Positions 35,801 through 50,800 of a DNA stretch of 64,000 nucleotides are shown here, in pieces. The notes beneath the pieces are model-generated. The model searched no databases. It saw only the letters and a program-made list of their open reading frames with translations, and was not told where the DNA came from. The stretch lies in contig OX597814.1 in NCBI GenBank assembly GCA_951406725.2, forward strand, positions 34,162,001 through 34,226,000. Direction: 5' to 3'. Both the position numbers and the translations under genes were made by a program. The stretch's first letter is position 1. The number at the start of each line of letters is the position of its first letter. Source of the stretch: Octopus vulgaris (lineage: Eukaryota).

Positions 35801-38800
35801 AGTGAAAGTGAGGATGGGCAGGAGAACAGGAAGTGTGGGTGGGTGGGCAGAGATTGCAAGAGTGTATGGGAAAGTAAGAGATTGGTAGAGATAGAGAAGG
35901 ATTGAGAGAGGAATATAATCGAGAACGTGTGTTGAGAGATAAGTAGTGAAACAGAGAGGATAGAAGGAAGACAGGGAGAGAAGACATGATTGGGTAAGTT
36001 GTAAAAGTGAGGGGCAGGTGTAGTGAATGGGGAGAGAGAGAGATAGAGAAAGGAGAGATGTTGTGGAGGAGAAAGTGAACAAGGATAAAAACTGAGAAGG
36101 AAATATAATGAAGAAACATCAAAGGAGAAAATGATAGAATTTATAATTTTACCTTCATTAAATCAAACTGTTGCTTTGTAGGTATTTTGTCTAATAATGT
36201 GATAACACCTTCGGCATTGTTACTTTTAATAAAACTCTCTATGATTTGATAATTGTGTTTATGGGTTTCAACAGCAAAAACCTGATATAAATAGAAGTTA
36301 AAATTCAAATTAAAATGACATTGTACATCATAAACACTTAATGAAATAGAAATAAGAAACAGACCCACAGACTTGAATCGTACTACCATTGATACTTCAG
36401 AGTGCCTAGTGTTCAGGTTCTCATATATTATGTACATAAATTTAATTTTTCTCCCCAAAACAAATTTGGTCAATTACTTAGCATAGAATAAGTTATAGGT
36501 ACATAAATAAATATCATCATCATCATCATCGTTTAAAGTCCGTTTTCCATGCCAGCATGGGTTGAACGATTTGACTGAGGTCTGGTGAACCAGATGGCTG
36601 CACCAGACTCCAATCTGATCTGGCAGAGTTTCTACAGCTGGATGCCCTTCCTAACACCAACCACTCCGTGAGTGTAGTGGGTGCTTTTATGTGCCACTGG
36701 GACGAGGGCCAGTGAGATAGTACTGGCAATGGCCATGCTCAAATGGTGCCTTTAACGTCTGCTTTCCCTGCTGGCATGGGTTGGATGGTTTGACTGAGGA
36801 CTGGCAAGCCAGAAGGCTGTACCATGCTCCAATCTGATCTGGCAAAGTTTCTACAGCTGGATGCCCTTCCTAACGATTTGACTGAGGTCTGGTGAACCAG
36901 ATGGCTGCACCAGACTCCAATCTGATCTGGCAGAGTTTCTACAGCTGGATGCCCTTCCTAACACCAACCACTCTGTGAGTGTAGTGGGTGCTTTTACGTG
37001 CCACTGGGACGAGGGCCAGTGAGACAGTACTGGCAATGGCCACGCTCAAATGGTGCCTTTTATGTGCCACCTGCACAGGAGCAAGTCCAGCGGCACTGGC
37101 AACGACCTCACTCGAATGTTTTTTCACGTGCCACCAGCACAAGTGCCAGTAAGGTGACGCAGGTAACGATCATGCTTGAATGGTGTTTTTTACGTGGGGG
37201 CAGGGAAACAGGAATTATGAGTAGTGGTAGAGATAATGAAGGGGTGAAATGGAGAATATAATAAAGAACACATGCACTTCAAAACAGCATTGATTAAAAT
37301 AATTCAAATGTTCTCTGGACAAATTTCTCCAAAAAGTCCCTACACTTGGATATGTCTCCAACAATAATAACTCTTTGCTAGAGTGGGCCATGGTGTCCCA
37401 TACATAACTGAGATGTGAATCATGATCTAAAAGGCTTCACCAGGTGGTGCTTTTAAGTTAGACATGGTCTGGGCCTATACTGGCCAAAACTTATCTAAGT
37501 TATATTCTATACAAACATAGAATGGTGATAGCTGCAATATATCTGTCTCAGACTTTATTTGAGAGATTTTGTGTTTATAACATTAAAGCTTGTACAGTTG
37601 TACATTTGTATATACATTATAAATGTATAAAATAAATCGTTTCGTGTGTGTGTGTGTGTATTCTTATGTCAAGCATAATGAAATTAGACATTATTAATAC
37701 CAATATATTTTATGAGTTCATTAATAAAACATGAATGATGAAATTAAAATGATTAGGATGTATTTGTTATGTATCAGTTATGATACTCAATATGATGTCT
37801 TCCTATTTGTTGTGCGATAGTTAAAAAACTGAAGCAAACAAATTAAAACAAAATAGGAATCAGGAAAGAAATACAACCACAAAAACCTTAGGTTCAATTA
37901 CTCGAGGTTATATTACTTAATCTCTGTAAAACTGATACAACGTTGTGTCACTAGAACTCGTTTGAGCACAGAAAGGAGAGAAGGTAATAACTGAGATAAT
38001 GTCAACTGTTGTTATTAATGCAACAACGGAGGCTTCATAGATTAAAGGAAAATAACAAACATCTTGTTATTTTCTGAAATCATCCTCATCGTCGTCATTT
38101 AACGTCTGCTTTCCCTGCTGGCATGGGTTGGATGGTTTGACTGAGGACTGGCAAGCCAGAAGGCTGTACCATACTCCAATCTGATCTGGCAAAGTTTCTA
38201 CAGCTGGATGCCCTTCCTAACGCCAACCACTCCGAGAGAGTTTTGGGTGCTTTTTATGTGCCACCAGCACGAGGGCCAGTCAGGTATTACTGGCATCGAC
38301 TATGCTTGAATGGTACTTTTTACGTGCCACCAGCAGGGAAGCCTGTCAGGTGGCACTGGCAACGACCATACCCTAATGGTGCTTTTTACATGTCACTGGC
38401 ATGGGTGCCAGTCAGGCGGCACTGGCAATCTACAACCTAATGAAAACAAAGCATAAATAAAACTTTATATGGTTTAGAAAAACCCAGTTGTAAGCAGATA
38501 CCTTTTTGGCTCCTAACTTAGCAGCAATAAGAGGAATTAAAGAACCATCTCCAATAGACAGGCAAACAGTATCCTTATTGATAACCTGCAAAACATAGAT
38601 AAAAAAAAAAAAAAATTTGTCATTAAACTAATCATAACATCAATGACGGTAAAAGTTAGAGAATGCGAAAATTGTAATCTGTAATTGAATACTTTTGAAT
38701 TAATAGTTTTATGCCCATGAATGACCTTTTTACTACTACAGTATTTTCAGTGAATTTCTATAATAAAAGAAATGAAATATGTACTGTAACTATAATCTTA

Positions 38801-41800
38801 ATTCTCAGTGCGAACAGGAGTATAAAACACACAGCTACACGCATGGACACACACACACATGGACACACACACATGCACGGACACACACACACACACACAC
38901 GGAGACACACAACCCAATGAAGGAGGCCCTGTTCAGTTTACTCAACTTGTTAGAAATAGGAGCCAAATCTCTCCCAAATCACACTACACTGTTCTGAAAC
39001 AGGAAGAGTACATTGAATAATGTGGTCCTTGATGATAAAAAAGAAATGAAGGATTGAAAAATAAAGCAGAAAACAAAGATGCTCACAGTTTAAATGCCTT
39101 TGGTTACAAGATCAGGCCTGGCTTGAGATTAAACAGCAATATACACATGTAAACATGAAGACATAAATATACATACACACCAGGAATATTGTCAAGAAAT
39201 ATAGTGTTTGTTCACACTTTTAGATATTCCAAAATATTATTAAATTTTATGCAATTTATTAAACTAGATTTTAAAAAATACTTTGGCAGAACTTTACCTT
39301 CTTTAGTTCATTGACGTAAACTTGGTTCCGAACAGAGTCATTCAACATTCCTAAACGGTTTCTGCCATAAGTTAAATGTATGCCACAGCTACACACAGGT
39401 AAGACATCACTGATGGATACTTGAGGCCTGATTTTAAAATAAAGAAACCAAATCATGAAATTAACAAAAATAAGGGATCATATTGAAAAAGAGAATTACA
39501 TTTGTACAATGAAAGCTTCAATAAATGATATGAATATCTAGTTTTACAATCTGTGTAAAAGTTGTTGGTTAAACCCAGGTCAGTTTTGTTAGAGGCAATC
39601 TTATTTCTTTATTGCCCACAAGGGGCTAAACATAGAGGGGACAAACAAGGACAGACAAAGGGATTAAGTCAATTACATTGACCCCAGTGTGTAACTGGTA
39701 CTTAATTTAGCGACCCTGAAAGGATGAAAGGCAAAGTCAACCTTGGCGGAATTTGAACTCAGAACGTAACGGCAGACGAAATACCACTAAGCATTTCATC
39801 CGGCGTGCTAACGTTTCTGCCAGCTCACCTTGTTAGAGGCAATCTTATCAAAGGCATTCTAGCCATGTCAACAGTGTCATTTTTTCCCCAGATGGTGTAT
39901 CTAGGACTGCATAATATAACGTCCTTCTGTATTTTAAGAAAATATATAATTTGATGGAGATCTGGCTGTGATTTCTAACAAATTGAGCTACCATGTAGAG
40001 GCATCCTTGATGGCTCATTACATAAGAATAGAAAATAAGTATAAATCAATTAAATAAAGAAAACTACTAAAAACGAAAACATATTTTAAATTGATTTAGA
40101 ATTTTCTTAGAATATGGGTTTTGTTAATAAGGAAGCATCCAAGACTTTTCAGTCTCTTAAATCATTTTAGCATCTACTTTTCTAAGCTTGATGGAGTTTG
40201 TTGAGGCAGATTTTCTATGGCTGATAGCCCTTCCTGTTGCCAGCCCTCACCTGTTTTCAAGCAAGGTTATATTTCACCTGAGCCAGACATTTTTGCAGAA
40301 TATTGGAAACGAATGACACTGCTTGTATGACAGTGACACTCATTTACAACTAGCATGTAATGTCAAGACAAGGAAATATAAACAAACTATGCCTGTTTAT
40401 AAATAAATAAGTTAAATGAATTCCAGGTAGAAGTAGGAGACCGCCAAGGATCAGCCCTCAGCCTCCTCTTATTCATTGTAGACCTCCAGGCAATAACAGA
40501 GGAATTTAAGACAGGCTGCTCCTGGGAGCTCCTCAATGCTGATAACCTGGCCCTCAAAGCAGAATCACTACCAGAACTAGAAAAGAAATTCCAGGTGTGG
40601 AAGCAAGGTTTAGAGTCGAAGGGCCTTAGAGTTAATGTTGCAAAGACCAGAGTCCTAGTAAGTAGGAAGATGAACAAATCACACACCCCTTCAGGTAGAT
40701 GGCCCTGCTCGATCTGTAGAAAAGGTGTAGGTAGAAATTCCATAAGAGGTACCCAGTGTAAGCTACGGATGCATAAGGGTTGCAGCAACATCAAAGGAGG
40801 ATTAACCGGAAAGATAACTTTCATGTGTGAGAAATGCACTGGGGCGATAAACACCACAGATGCTCAGAAAATAGATTCCATCACATGCCAGGGGTAGAAA
40901 CTAGAAGTAGTTGATAGTTTCTGCTGCCTAGGGGACCAAGTCAGTAGTGGGGGTGAATGCTCAGAGAGTGTTATCACTAGAATAAGTGGGCAAAGTTCAG
41001 ACAGCTTCTACCCCTACTGGTGACAAAGGGCCTCTGACGCATGTGTGTGAACTGCTATGCTTCATGGCAGTGAAACATGGGCTGTGACTGCTGAAGATGT
41101 GTGTAGGCTTGAAAGAAAGGAAGCGCCCTGAGAGAAATATTGGAAAAAAGAAGCATTGGATGTGGTGTGCAAGAGAGACATTTGCGTTGGTATGGTCATG
41201 TACTACAGATGGATGAGGAGAACTGTGTGAAGAAGCATCACTCCCAAACAGTGGAAGGAATCCGGGGTAGAGGGAGACCCATGAAGACATGGGATGAAGT
41301 GGTGAAGTATGACCTTCGAACGTTGGGCCTCACAGAGGAAATGACGGAAGACAGAGACCTCTGGAGGTATGCTATGACTGAGAAGACCTGGTAAATAAAG
41401 TGAGATCACAGCTGTAACCTACACCAGTGTCGCATAACCAGCCAACTCAAAAATACCTTGGATCGTAGGGCAACATGCCATGCTTGAAGAGACCTATTGA
41501 GTCAAATACATCAACAAATGAAATCAAATCACAATCAAATGGAAATTGTAGTTGTGGTCCCTACGCCGGTGGCGCGTAAAAAGCACCATCTGATCATGGT
41601 CGATGCCAGCACCCTCTGGCCCCTGTGCCGGTGCATATAAAACGAACCCACTACACTCTTGGTGTGGTTGGCGTTAGGAAGGGCATCCAGCTGTAGAAAC
41701 ATTGTCAGATCAGACTGGAGTCTGGTGCAGCCTTCTGTCTTTCCAGACCCTAGTCGAACCGTCCAACCCATGCCAGCATGGAAAACGGACGTTAACGATG

Positions 41801-44800
41801 ATGATGATGATGATGATGATGAAGTTTGTAGATAAGTTAGATAAAAACTTACTCCTTTTTAGTAGACACATCAAACCACCAGCTGTACTCATCATGGCAA
41901 CTGGTTAGGGAAACTTCTTCTCCAGCTTCAACTGCTATGTATTTTGATGGGTAATATATGGCTTGCATCCAATGATCTCTCCACTTGTTTGAAAAAGCAA
42001 ATAATTAAATTACAATAAATGTGAGACAAAATATAAAAATATAACAATATTTCAAGAGAATAACTATGTAAGTATGTCAAAATATAATTCCTAATTTTTA
42101 CTAAAATGAAAAACTACTTTTAAAGTTCTTGGGATCTAATGTTGTTCTGGAAACTGATATCTGATAGCAAAGATGGTGATGATGATGAAGATAATTGATA
42201 AAGATATAAATTAATAAACATGTAGCATTAATGTAATTTTCAGGCAGAATCAGAGTAACATAGTTGAATTACAAGTACAATCTATCCGACAGGATTTTGC
42301 ACAGAGTTTCTGCCTACCCAAAGCTTGGGTTGGCTTGAGGCAATAAAAAAGGACACTTGCCTAGGGTGCTGCAGTGGGATCAAACCCAGGACCTCATGAT
42401 TGTTAAGCAAACTTCTTAACCATTTAGCCAGGCTGTATCTGCACCCCTACTGTAGTAGCTCCTTCACTGGTTTAAAATGTAACTAAGATGATAAAATGAA
42501 AAGTGAAGTCATCATCATCATCATTATTTAGCATCTGCTTTCCATACTGGCATGGGTTAGATGGTTTGAATGAAACTGGTAAGTTGGAGTGCTGCACCAG
42601 GATACCATGCTTAACGCCAACCACTCCTAGAGTGTAATGGGTGCTTTTTATGTGCCATTTACATGGCATTGGCATCAGCCACAATTATGATTTCACTTGG
42701 TTTGATGAGTCTTCTCAAGCATGGCATGTTTCCAAAGGTCTCGGTCACTTATCACCTCCATGAGACCCAACATTTGAAGGCTGCTTTTTACGCGCCACCG
42801 GCATGGGTGCCTGTTATGTGACACCAGCATCGGCCACGACTATGGTTTCTAATAATATAACTGATTACTTAAAAAATATTTTTAAAAAATACAAAGAACA
42901 ATATTCAAACCAAGAATTTCATACCTGAACTTCTTTTCTCTCTGGATGGGCCCAGTATGGAGCACAACTCAATAGAATCTCTCCCTCTTTGTCCATATCT
43001 AGATCCCACCACATAAATAATGTATCTATAGTACCACTGGAGTTTGCTGTGATGTGTGCCAATGATTTTGCATTAAAAGGTTCTGCTGAATTTAGATTTT
43101 TGTCAGTGACTAATTTTTCTTTGTCACTAAAATCAAAGCTAGAAAAATAATACAAATACATATATAAAATATCATTTTGAGATGCAGTATCTGGAATTAT
43201 TCAAATTATTGAGACATATGCTTAGGTAACATTGGTAAAAACAACAATAAATCATGTAGTGTTAGTATTATCCATCAAGTTGATGGAAGTGAAAAGTGTA
43301 CTGTAATACACAAGAATTTGAAGAACTTTGTTTGACAGTTGATACATTAGATACACATTTCTCCTCATGGCAAGTCAATATACCCCATTTATTGCTTTAA
43401 CTAAAAATAGTAATGTATCTTACCCAAGGAGCACAGTATCTTGGTTTGCATTTAGGATCAGACATCAAGGAGATGCATTTATTTCTATAACTTTTGTAGG
43501 AAGCTATACCAGGAACTTAAAACAGTTTCATATATCAATCCAATGCAGAAGACTATGTAGTCACTTGACCTGCTAAAAGTAGCAGCTAAATTTCCCTCAA
43601 ACATTGCTTTACTGTTTTAAAAACTGAAGCCTATACTGTCTAACTTAGTCCTGTCTATATAATACGCAAGGAAAACAACAACAAAACAAAAAACTGAATG
43701 GTCAAGATCAGTTGGGCCAGTCTTATATAGTTCAAAGTAAGCACCTAATCCACTGTGGTGGAGAAGGTGTTAATCTACAGTGGAGTTTTCTAAAATGATC
43801 TGAACTCTATTTTTAATATCTATCAAACAACTATGTCAAACATCCAAACAATTTAATACCAAACATCATAATTTGATCATCTTAAGCATTTGATTAATCT
43901 CTTGAAAGCTGAATTACTAGCTCAACTTTTGTGGGATTTGAAAATTTGAATCTCAAAATTGTAAACTGTAACTTAGGGACCAGCAAAATATGTTCCTAAA
44001 ATTCTGACTTCACTGACAACTGGACTGGCTGGCGAAAATATATTGAGAAAATAAAACTATAGAACAAAATAGCTTACATACCAAAATACTGTGATTGGGT
44101 CTGTTATGAGCTGGAATTTAGACTGGTGCAATTGGTTTAGCTGTAGATCATGCAAATGTAAAGCTCCACTGCAATTATGCATTTCTTTTGGTACAGAAAT
44201 AGATTTGGTTTTATCAATAGTGATAGGCTGAATTTCATTCCAGTTTCTTCCCAAAGGACACTGCGCCAACTGAACATACACTCTTGCAGAATGAGGCACC
44301 ACAGAGCAGTTAGGCTAGCAAAATAGAGAATGAAATTAGGAACAATGACAACTTTAGTGATGAAGGGAATAGTGATTTTTTTGCTTTTTGTTATGGCTCT
44401 ACATTTGATAATTTCTAATGGCTAAAAGAAAAAAAAAAAAGGTAATACTTTCATGAACTTCAAGGTTTATTAGGATTAGCATTTAAGTGGACAAGAGCTA
44501 AAATGTCTCTTTAAATAAGATACTAGTCTATCAGAAATAAACTTCCAAGAAAAACAAATGTCTGCTTTCTAGTAACATAGACTACAGCAGGCAGAGATAC
44601 TATTTCATTGCTCAGTAAAGTTTCAATACAATTAAATAAAACAAGTATCATACCCTAATATGGTCTGCTGTGTTCTAATAACTCTGCCCATAAGCTCTTC
44701 TGAAGGTAATCTCATTGCTACCTTAAAAGGTGATATTTTAAAAATCTGCTTATCTATATATCAATCATTATTTTCATTACCGGCTATTTGTTTATATTGT

Positions 44801-47800
44801 TCTACTTCAATTTTTTCATGTTATTACATTTAATTTATATTTTTTGAAAATCTAGACATTTGCATATTGTTGAAGCAATTGTTTCTACAACTTAATATAC
44901 CCTTATTGCAGTTAACCAGTCAACTGTGTAGCATTAGTAGAATTTGCTGTCAACCATGTAAACTGAATAAATTCCTTTTAAATGTAAACCACATAAATTT
45001 CTTTTAAATGTAAACAATGTAAACTCCTTTTAAATAATGAATTTAACATATTTCTACCTTTGGTAGAAATATGATAAGAAAGACAGTTGTTGAGAGCAAT
45101 CAACATATCCAACATACTCAAGTAAGTGAAACCACAGTTTTATTTTTTATAGTATAACACATTCAGTTTGCTATTTCTAGCAGATCAAGCAATCTTACAG
45201 AGATCAAGCAATCTTACATCATTTGGCTTGTTTTCCAGTTGTAAATTTCTTTGAGGCATAATATCACTTCTTTGAAATGTATCATGATTGATTCTCAACC
45301 CATCACAAAATTTAGGGAAAATGAATCCAGTAATTTTCGTGTGAATATGTTACTTGTAACAAAAGTAAACTACTTTAAATTACAAAAATTACTGAACATT
45401 TTGGAAGAGTTTGGTAAAAACATTTCTAACATCTGTTCTTCAGATAATAAATATTATAAATTGATATATAAAAGATAAAAGTTTGATTGAAAATTTTATT
45501 CAATGTTTTTACAATATTCAGTTAACTGTTGATGGAAAATCCTGTGACATTACTTCTTTGACTTCTTCAGCATTGTGATTCTACATCTTTAGGTTATGTA
45601 TTTGAAATTACTTATGATTTTTTATTTAAATCTATGGAACTAAAAGAAATAATGGTAGTTAAAGTAATACTTACCTCAAGAAGATACTGAAGTGCATGGT
45701 AATAAGTACTAAGTGCACCCTCTCCAATAAGTTCAGTATCAAAAACTTCAGTAACAAGGATGTTAGCTTTTTGGAGCATGTCTTTACCTATAATAAATTG
45801 CATCATATGAAGATAAATCATAACAAAATGAAAAAAAAAACCCAAAAAACAAAAAAAAAACTGCCTGTTAAATAATAGGTTTTCAACTGTAGAATTGTAG
45901 AATCCATGTCAAGTAGACACTGGAGCAAGATGCAGTCTTTCAGCTCATCAGATACTTGTTAAACCATCCAACCCATGCCAGTATGAAACATGGACATTAA
46001 AAATGATGATGATGAAGATGATGATTAGTAATAGGAAAGGCATACAGCCAATTGGCATGTATGAACACAGTTTATAAGAGCAACGGCTGCCAATAAGAAA
46101 TTACCCAGATCATGGTAATCTATCCAAATGATGCTAGCATGAAAAGCAGAATTAAATGATGATAACTGTTAGTCACAGTAGCTGTGCAAGAATATAATCA
46201 GATGGTTATGAAGATTTTACTACAAATGCCATATTGTGTTTTGGGCAGGATATATATTTTAGTTTGCCAGTCGGCCTAACTGACACTTCGATGTCACATG
46301 TTAATGGTTGGTACTAAGAATAACATCTAACTGCAATTGTTCTGGCAGTAATTAAATGTCTACATTTGTGAAAATCATCACCCATACAAGAATGTAAAAT
46401 GAGTGTTTACACTATAAAAAAAATTATTCTCATAGCGTAAAATTGAAGCTTGAAACCACCAAAACCAGAAACTAGAAACCACCAAACTATTGCCATTCTA
46501 GTCAAAGTGAGAGCCTTATATGGTCACTAGGTCTTCTAGGAATAGAAACAAATTTCCCTTTAAAAAGAAGACTTTGGATAAAGTAGTCCAGAGTACATTA
46601 TGTTTTAAAAATACCATCCAGAACTGTTGTAGCTGGAATTAGGTCTGACTTGGAGAAGCAATTTTTGGTTTGTTTAGTACTTGTTATCAGTTCTTCTGTC
46701 ACAGATGAACCAAAAAAAACTTTTAAGTTTTAAGTTTTGTATGCAGTCAACAGGACATCAAATCACAGTTGTTTAATAAGAGGTTAAGACTATATTTCCT
46801 TAGTCAATGTAAATTCACAATAATTAATATAAAAAGCATCTTACAAAAAAACAAAAATTTTTTTTTAAATGTTATGCAGTCTGCAATATTTGCATAGCAG
46901 ATATTTGTTTCAGGACAAACCAATGATTAAAGGAATTCCAACCATAAACATTTGGTCTTTTTAAGGGTTAGTAGGACTATTTTATCCTGTGTATCTTTTC
47001 TTTTTAAAGATAATAGGTTGTGATTTGAGAGACATTTGGTTGCTGTCTTCAGTAGGTCATATGACTACATAGGGGCTCCATATTGGCTTTGTTGAATTTT
47101 CATTTATGATGGTAGAATTTATCATCAATGAATATGAGTTTGTGTAGGTGTGTGTAGTTCTGGGATGCCTAAACCAAAATCAAACAATAAAAAAAAAAAG
47201 TAGAATTTATGTTAAATAATCTAGAAAATACATTCCAATTCAAATATAGACTTTTCTATTTTGATAAAGTTGGAATATTTCCATAAATTATTGGTGCAAG
47301 TATGTTACAGGTGATTACCTTCCTAATACTATTCATTCAACCATGCAGTGGATAAGCTTAATTTTAGTAACAAATATGATGCCCTGTCTTAAGATACACA
47401 CTTTCAGGCAAGACAGAAAATGATAAAAACAAAACATAATATTAATGAGAAAATAAAAGAAATGAAAGCATGGGTGGCTAACTACAAACCTTCACCAACA
47501 GTTAATTCTGTTGATCTTTTAGGAATTAATTTAATTTTATCTTCAAAACCATTTCTTTTTATTACTTTCTTTGCACATTCAGCCATGGGTGTGAATGCCT
47601 AGAGGAAGATTAAGCATAAAGATGAATTCAGTTTGAGGGAAAAAGAAAAAGAAATATGTTAATTCTTATAAATATATAACATTATTCACTCATTACAAGA
47701 AGAAAGCACACCTGGGATATTATTTAAAGTATTCCTATTTCACTTTCCACAGTTATAGCAATCTTACAATATTTATCAGTATCAGATTTTCAGCAATCAT

Positions 47801-50800
47801 AGAGTAAGTTATTAATGAGCCAAGTCAGTCATCTGGTTTTGATTTTCAGTTAAAATCAATTTATTTCATTTACGTTGTTAATAATTTTGGCATGGACATT
47901 ATGATTTGGCTTTCACCACCACTTTTTTAAAATCTCTATGTTAAAAATAAATTTTCCATTAGACAGTAACTTAACTTCATTTCATACTTGGAAGCACTAT
48001 GTATTACTAGTGTTCATTAGGATATGAATAAGTAGTACAAATACCCCACTCTCCCCTTCTCTAAAGCATCAACATATATAACACAAATGTCAATTCTTAA
48101 TCATTTCTTCATCATAGCATTTGAAGTAACAAATTTTACAAGCGTTTGTGACTGAACAACAAACCTCACATGCTGTGATAGAATCTGCTCCACATTTAGC
48201 AGCCATCATAGACAGCAATCCAGTACCAGTACCAATATCAAGAACATTAACTGGTTCATTCAGTGTTCGGCGTTGTTCAATAGCCTTTTTAAGGGCTTTA
48301 AAATATTTCTGGTTCTGTAAATGAAGAAAATAAAAGAGTTATTTAATTCAACACAATTCAATTTTTAAAATAACATTTTCTCATCATAAAAAAATGGCAT
48401 GGCTTAGTTGCAGATCTTACCAATATAAACCTCTGTTGCAATGAATGTATTCTTTTGGTACAGTAATGAATTTTATTTCATCAATGTAATCTTATTCCAG
48501 GGTTTTTTATTTTCTAAAGAACATTAAGTAAATTATGTGGTTATTTAAACTCAGATATCTGTATTTATTGTCAGAGTTAATGTTTAATGCTTGTCGTAGT
48601 ATGTATCATTGATAACAAAACACTGATGTGAGATGCAATTTAATTTATCACTGAAGCATCTAAAGTTTTGTTTTGTTTAAAGTTATAGTACAATATATAA
48701 TGTTATAATTTAAGGATCAATATTCACCATCTTAATCCTATATTTCATGAATTTGATAGCTCCCATGAACATATATATATATATAGAGGGAGCTATGGCC
48801 TAGTGGTTAGAAGCATTGTACTCATGATTGCAAGATTGTGGTTTCAGTTCCTAGACTGGTGCTGCTGTGCCTTCTTGAGCAAAATACTTCATTTCACATT
48901 GCTTCAGTTCACTTAGCTGTAAATGAGTAACCTTGTGATGAACTGGTATTCTGTTTAGGGGAAATGTTGGCCTGATCTCCGCCTCAAGCCAATAAGGTGG
49001 CATCATTTGAAAGCTACAACAATGCAAGGAAGCACTTGTGACTAGTGGTGTTTAGTTTGGTCAGCACTGTGATATATATGATAATGAAATACATCTAGAG
49101 CCAAGGAAAAATTATTTTCCATTTATGTCGATAAATTTATCTAATCCTTTAATGATCAACCCACCTCAAACTGCTTCTGGGAACATAATATAAAGCCTCC
49201 ATTTTAAGATGTTCAAATTTAAAATAAAACCACATATTATATGAGGGAGTGCTGAGAAGTTCCAGGCTTTGAGTAAAAGAAAATACAGGAGGATCAGTTA
49301 ATTATGATTTTATTCAACACATTCCCCTCTCAGATTCAGACACTCATTGCAGTAGTCCTTCGGTTTTTCTAAGCCTTGTAAAAGAACTTGGAAGGCTGGG
49401 CCTCCAATCAGGCCTTTTGTGATACCCTTAAAGCCAGGAACTTTCCAGCATCCCCTTGTAATTTTATTTAATAACTCTTTGATTAGCTATGTTCCAAAAC
49501 ACCAACTTCGAAATTAACAAGTTAATATTTTGCAAAATCTATCTACATTTTTGATTATTTACAAAATTAACTGAAACACACAGGCTGTTTCATCATCGTC
49601 ATTTAATGTCCGTTTTCCATGCTAGCATGGGTTGGACAATTTGACTGAGGACTGGCAAACCAGATGGCTGCGCCAGGCTCCAATCTGATCTGGCAGAGTT
49701 TCTACAGCTGGATGCCCTTCCTAACACCAACCACTCCAAGAGTGTAATGGGTGCTTTTATGCGCCAGTCTAACGGTACTGGCAACAGCCACGCTCAAAAT
49801 GGTGTTTTTTACGTGCCACCTGCACAGGAGTCAGTCCACTGGCAACGACCTCACTCGAATGTTTTGTTCATGTGCCAGTAAGGCGATGCTGGTAACGATC
49901 ACGCTCAAATGGTGCTTTTTATGTGCCACCAGCACAGAAACCAGACAGCTGCTCTGGCAGTGATCCCGTTCAGATGGAGCTGCTAGTGCTCCACTGGCAC
50001 GGGTGCCAGTCATATGATTACAAAAGGATTACTTAGGTATTCAAATTTAACAATCATCAGTAAAGATATAAATCCTTAATTTTCTAGATTTTGTGCTAAG
50101 ACTGACTTTAATAATAAGGAAGTGGATTAAATAAAATATCAACTGTATTTTAGAGTCAATAATCAAAAGAAGGAAATGACAGTATTTTAAATTACTGGAT
50201 CACAAGTTAAATTTTGGTTGGCTACAGCTGTGCTAATGAGCTGTATTGTTAGCAGCAGATGTGACATTCAAATCATGCTGGTTTTGTTACAACTTATTTT
50301 CTACTTTTTCTGTAGTAGATATAAATATATAAGCAAAAAGGTGTTGCAACTTACTCGTTCGGTATCATGTAGCATATCAGCATATGAAGAGCTGGAAAGA
50401 TACATACAAGAATATGAAATAAAAGCAGAAAGCAATAATGGCTTTATGATAATCTTAAAGAAAATCTTCCATCAAAATTGCATGTTAATTTGTGTTCCAA
50501 ACACCAGCTTAATATGACAGTTATTTTACTAAATTCTTCATTATTTTCAAAATTACTTAAAACATAGTTGTGTATTTCAACAGAAACATAGTAACAAAAG
50601 GTAAGAGAAAGAACTCATCTATCATGTGGTACACCAATTGTTAAAGAACACACTATCACAACAACGACCCTCCTTTAAGAAAAATCACCAATCTATGAGA
50701 TAACAAAATAAGTTACAATTTAAATGTCTCTAGTGGCATGATCATTCTTTTTGTTCATTAACAGGAATGACAGGCATGGCAAGGTTTAGTAAAACAAGTT

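Noticed and set aside
35395-36122. 235-aa and other S/L/F-rich minus-strand ORFs
   Set aside because: Arise from a low-complexity purine/pyrimidine tract inside a PRMT7 intron.
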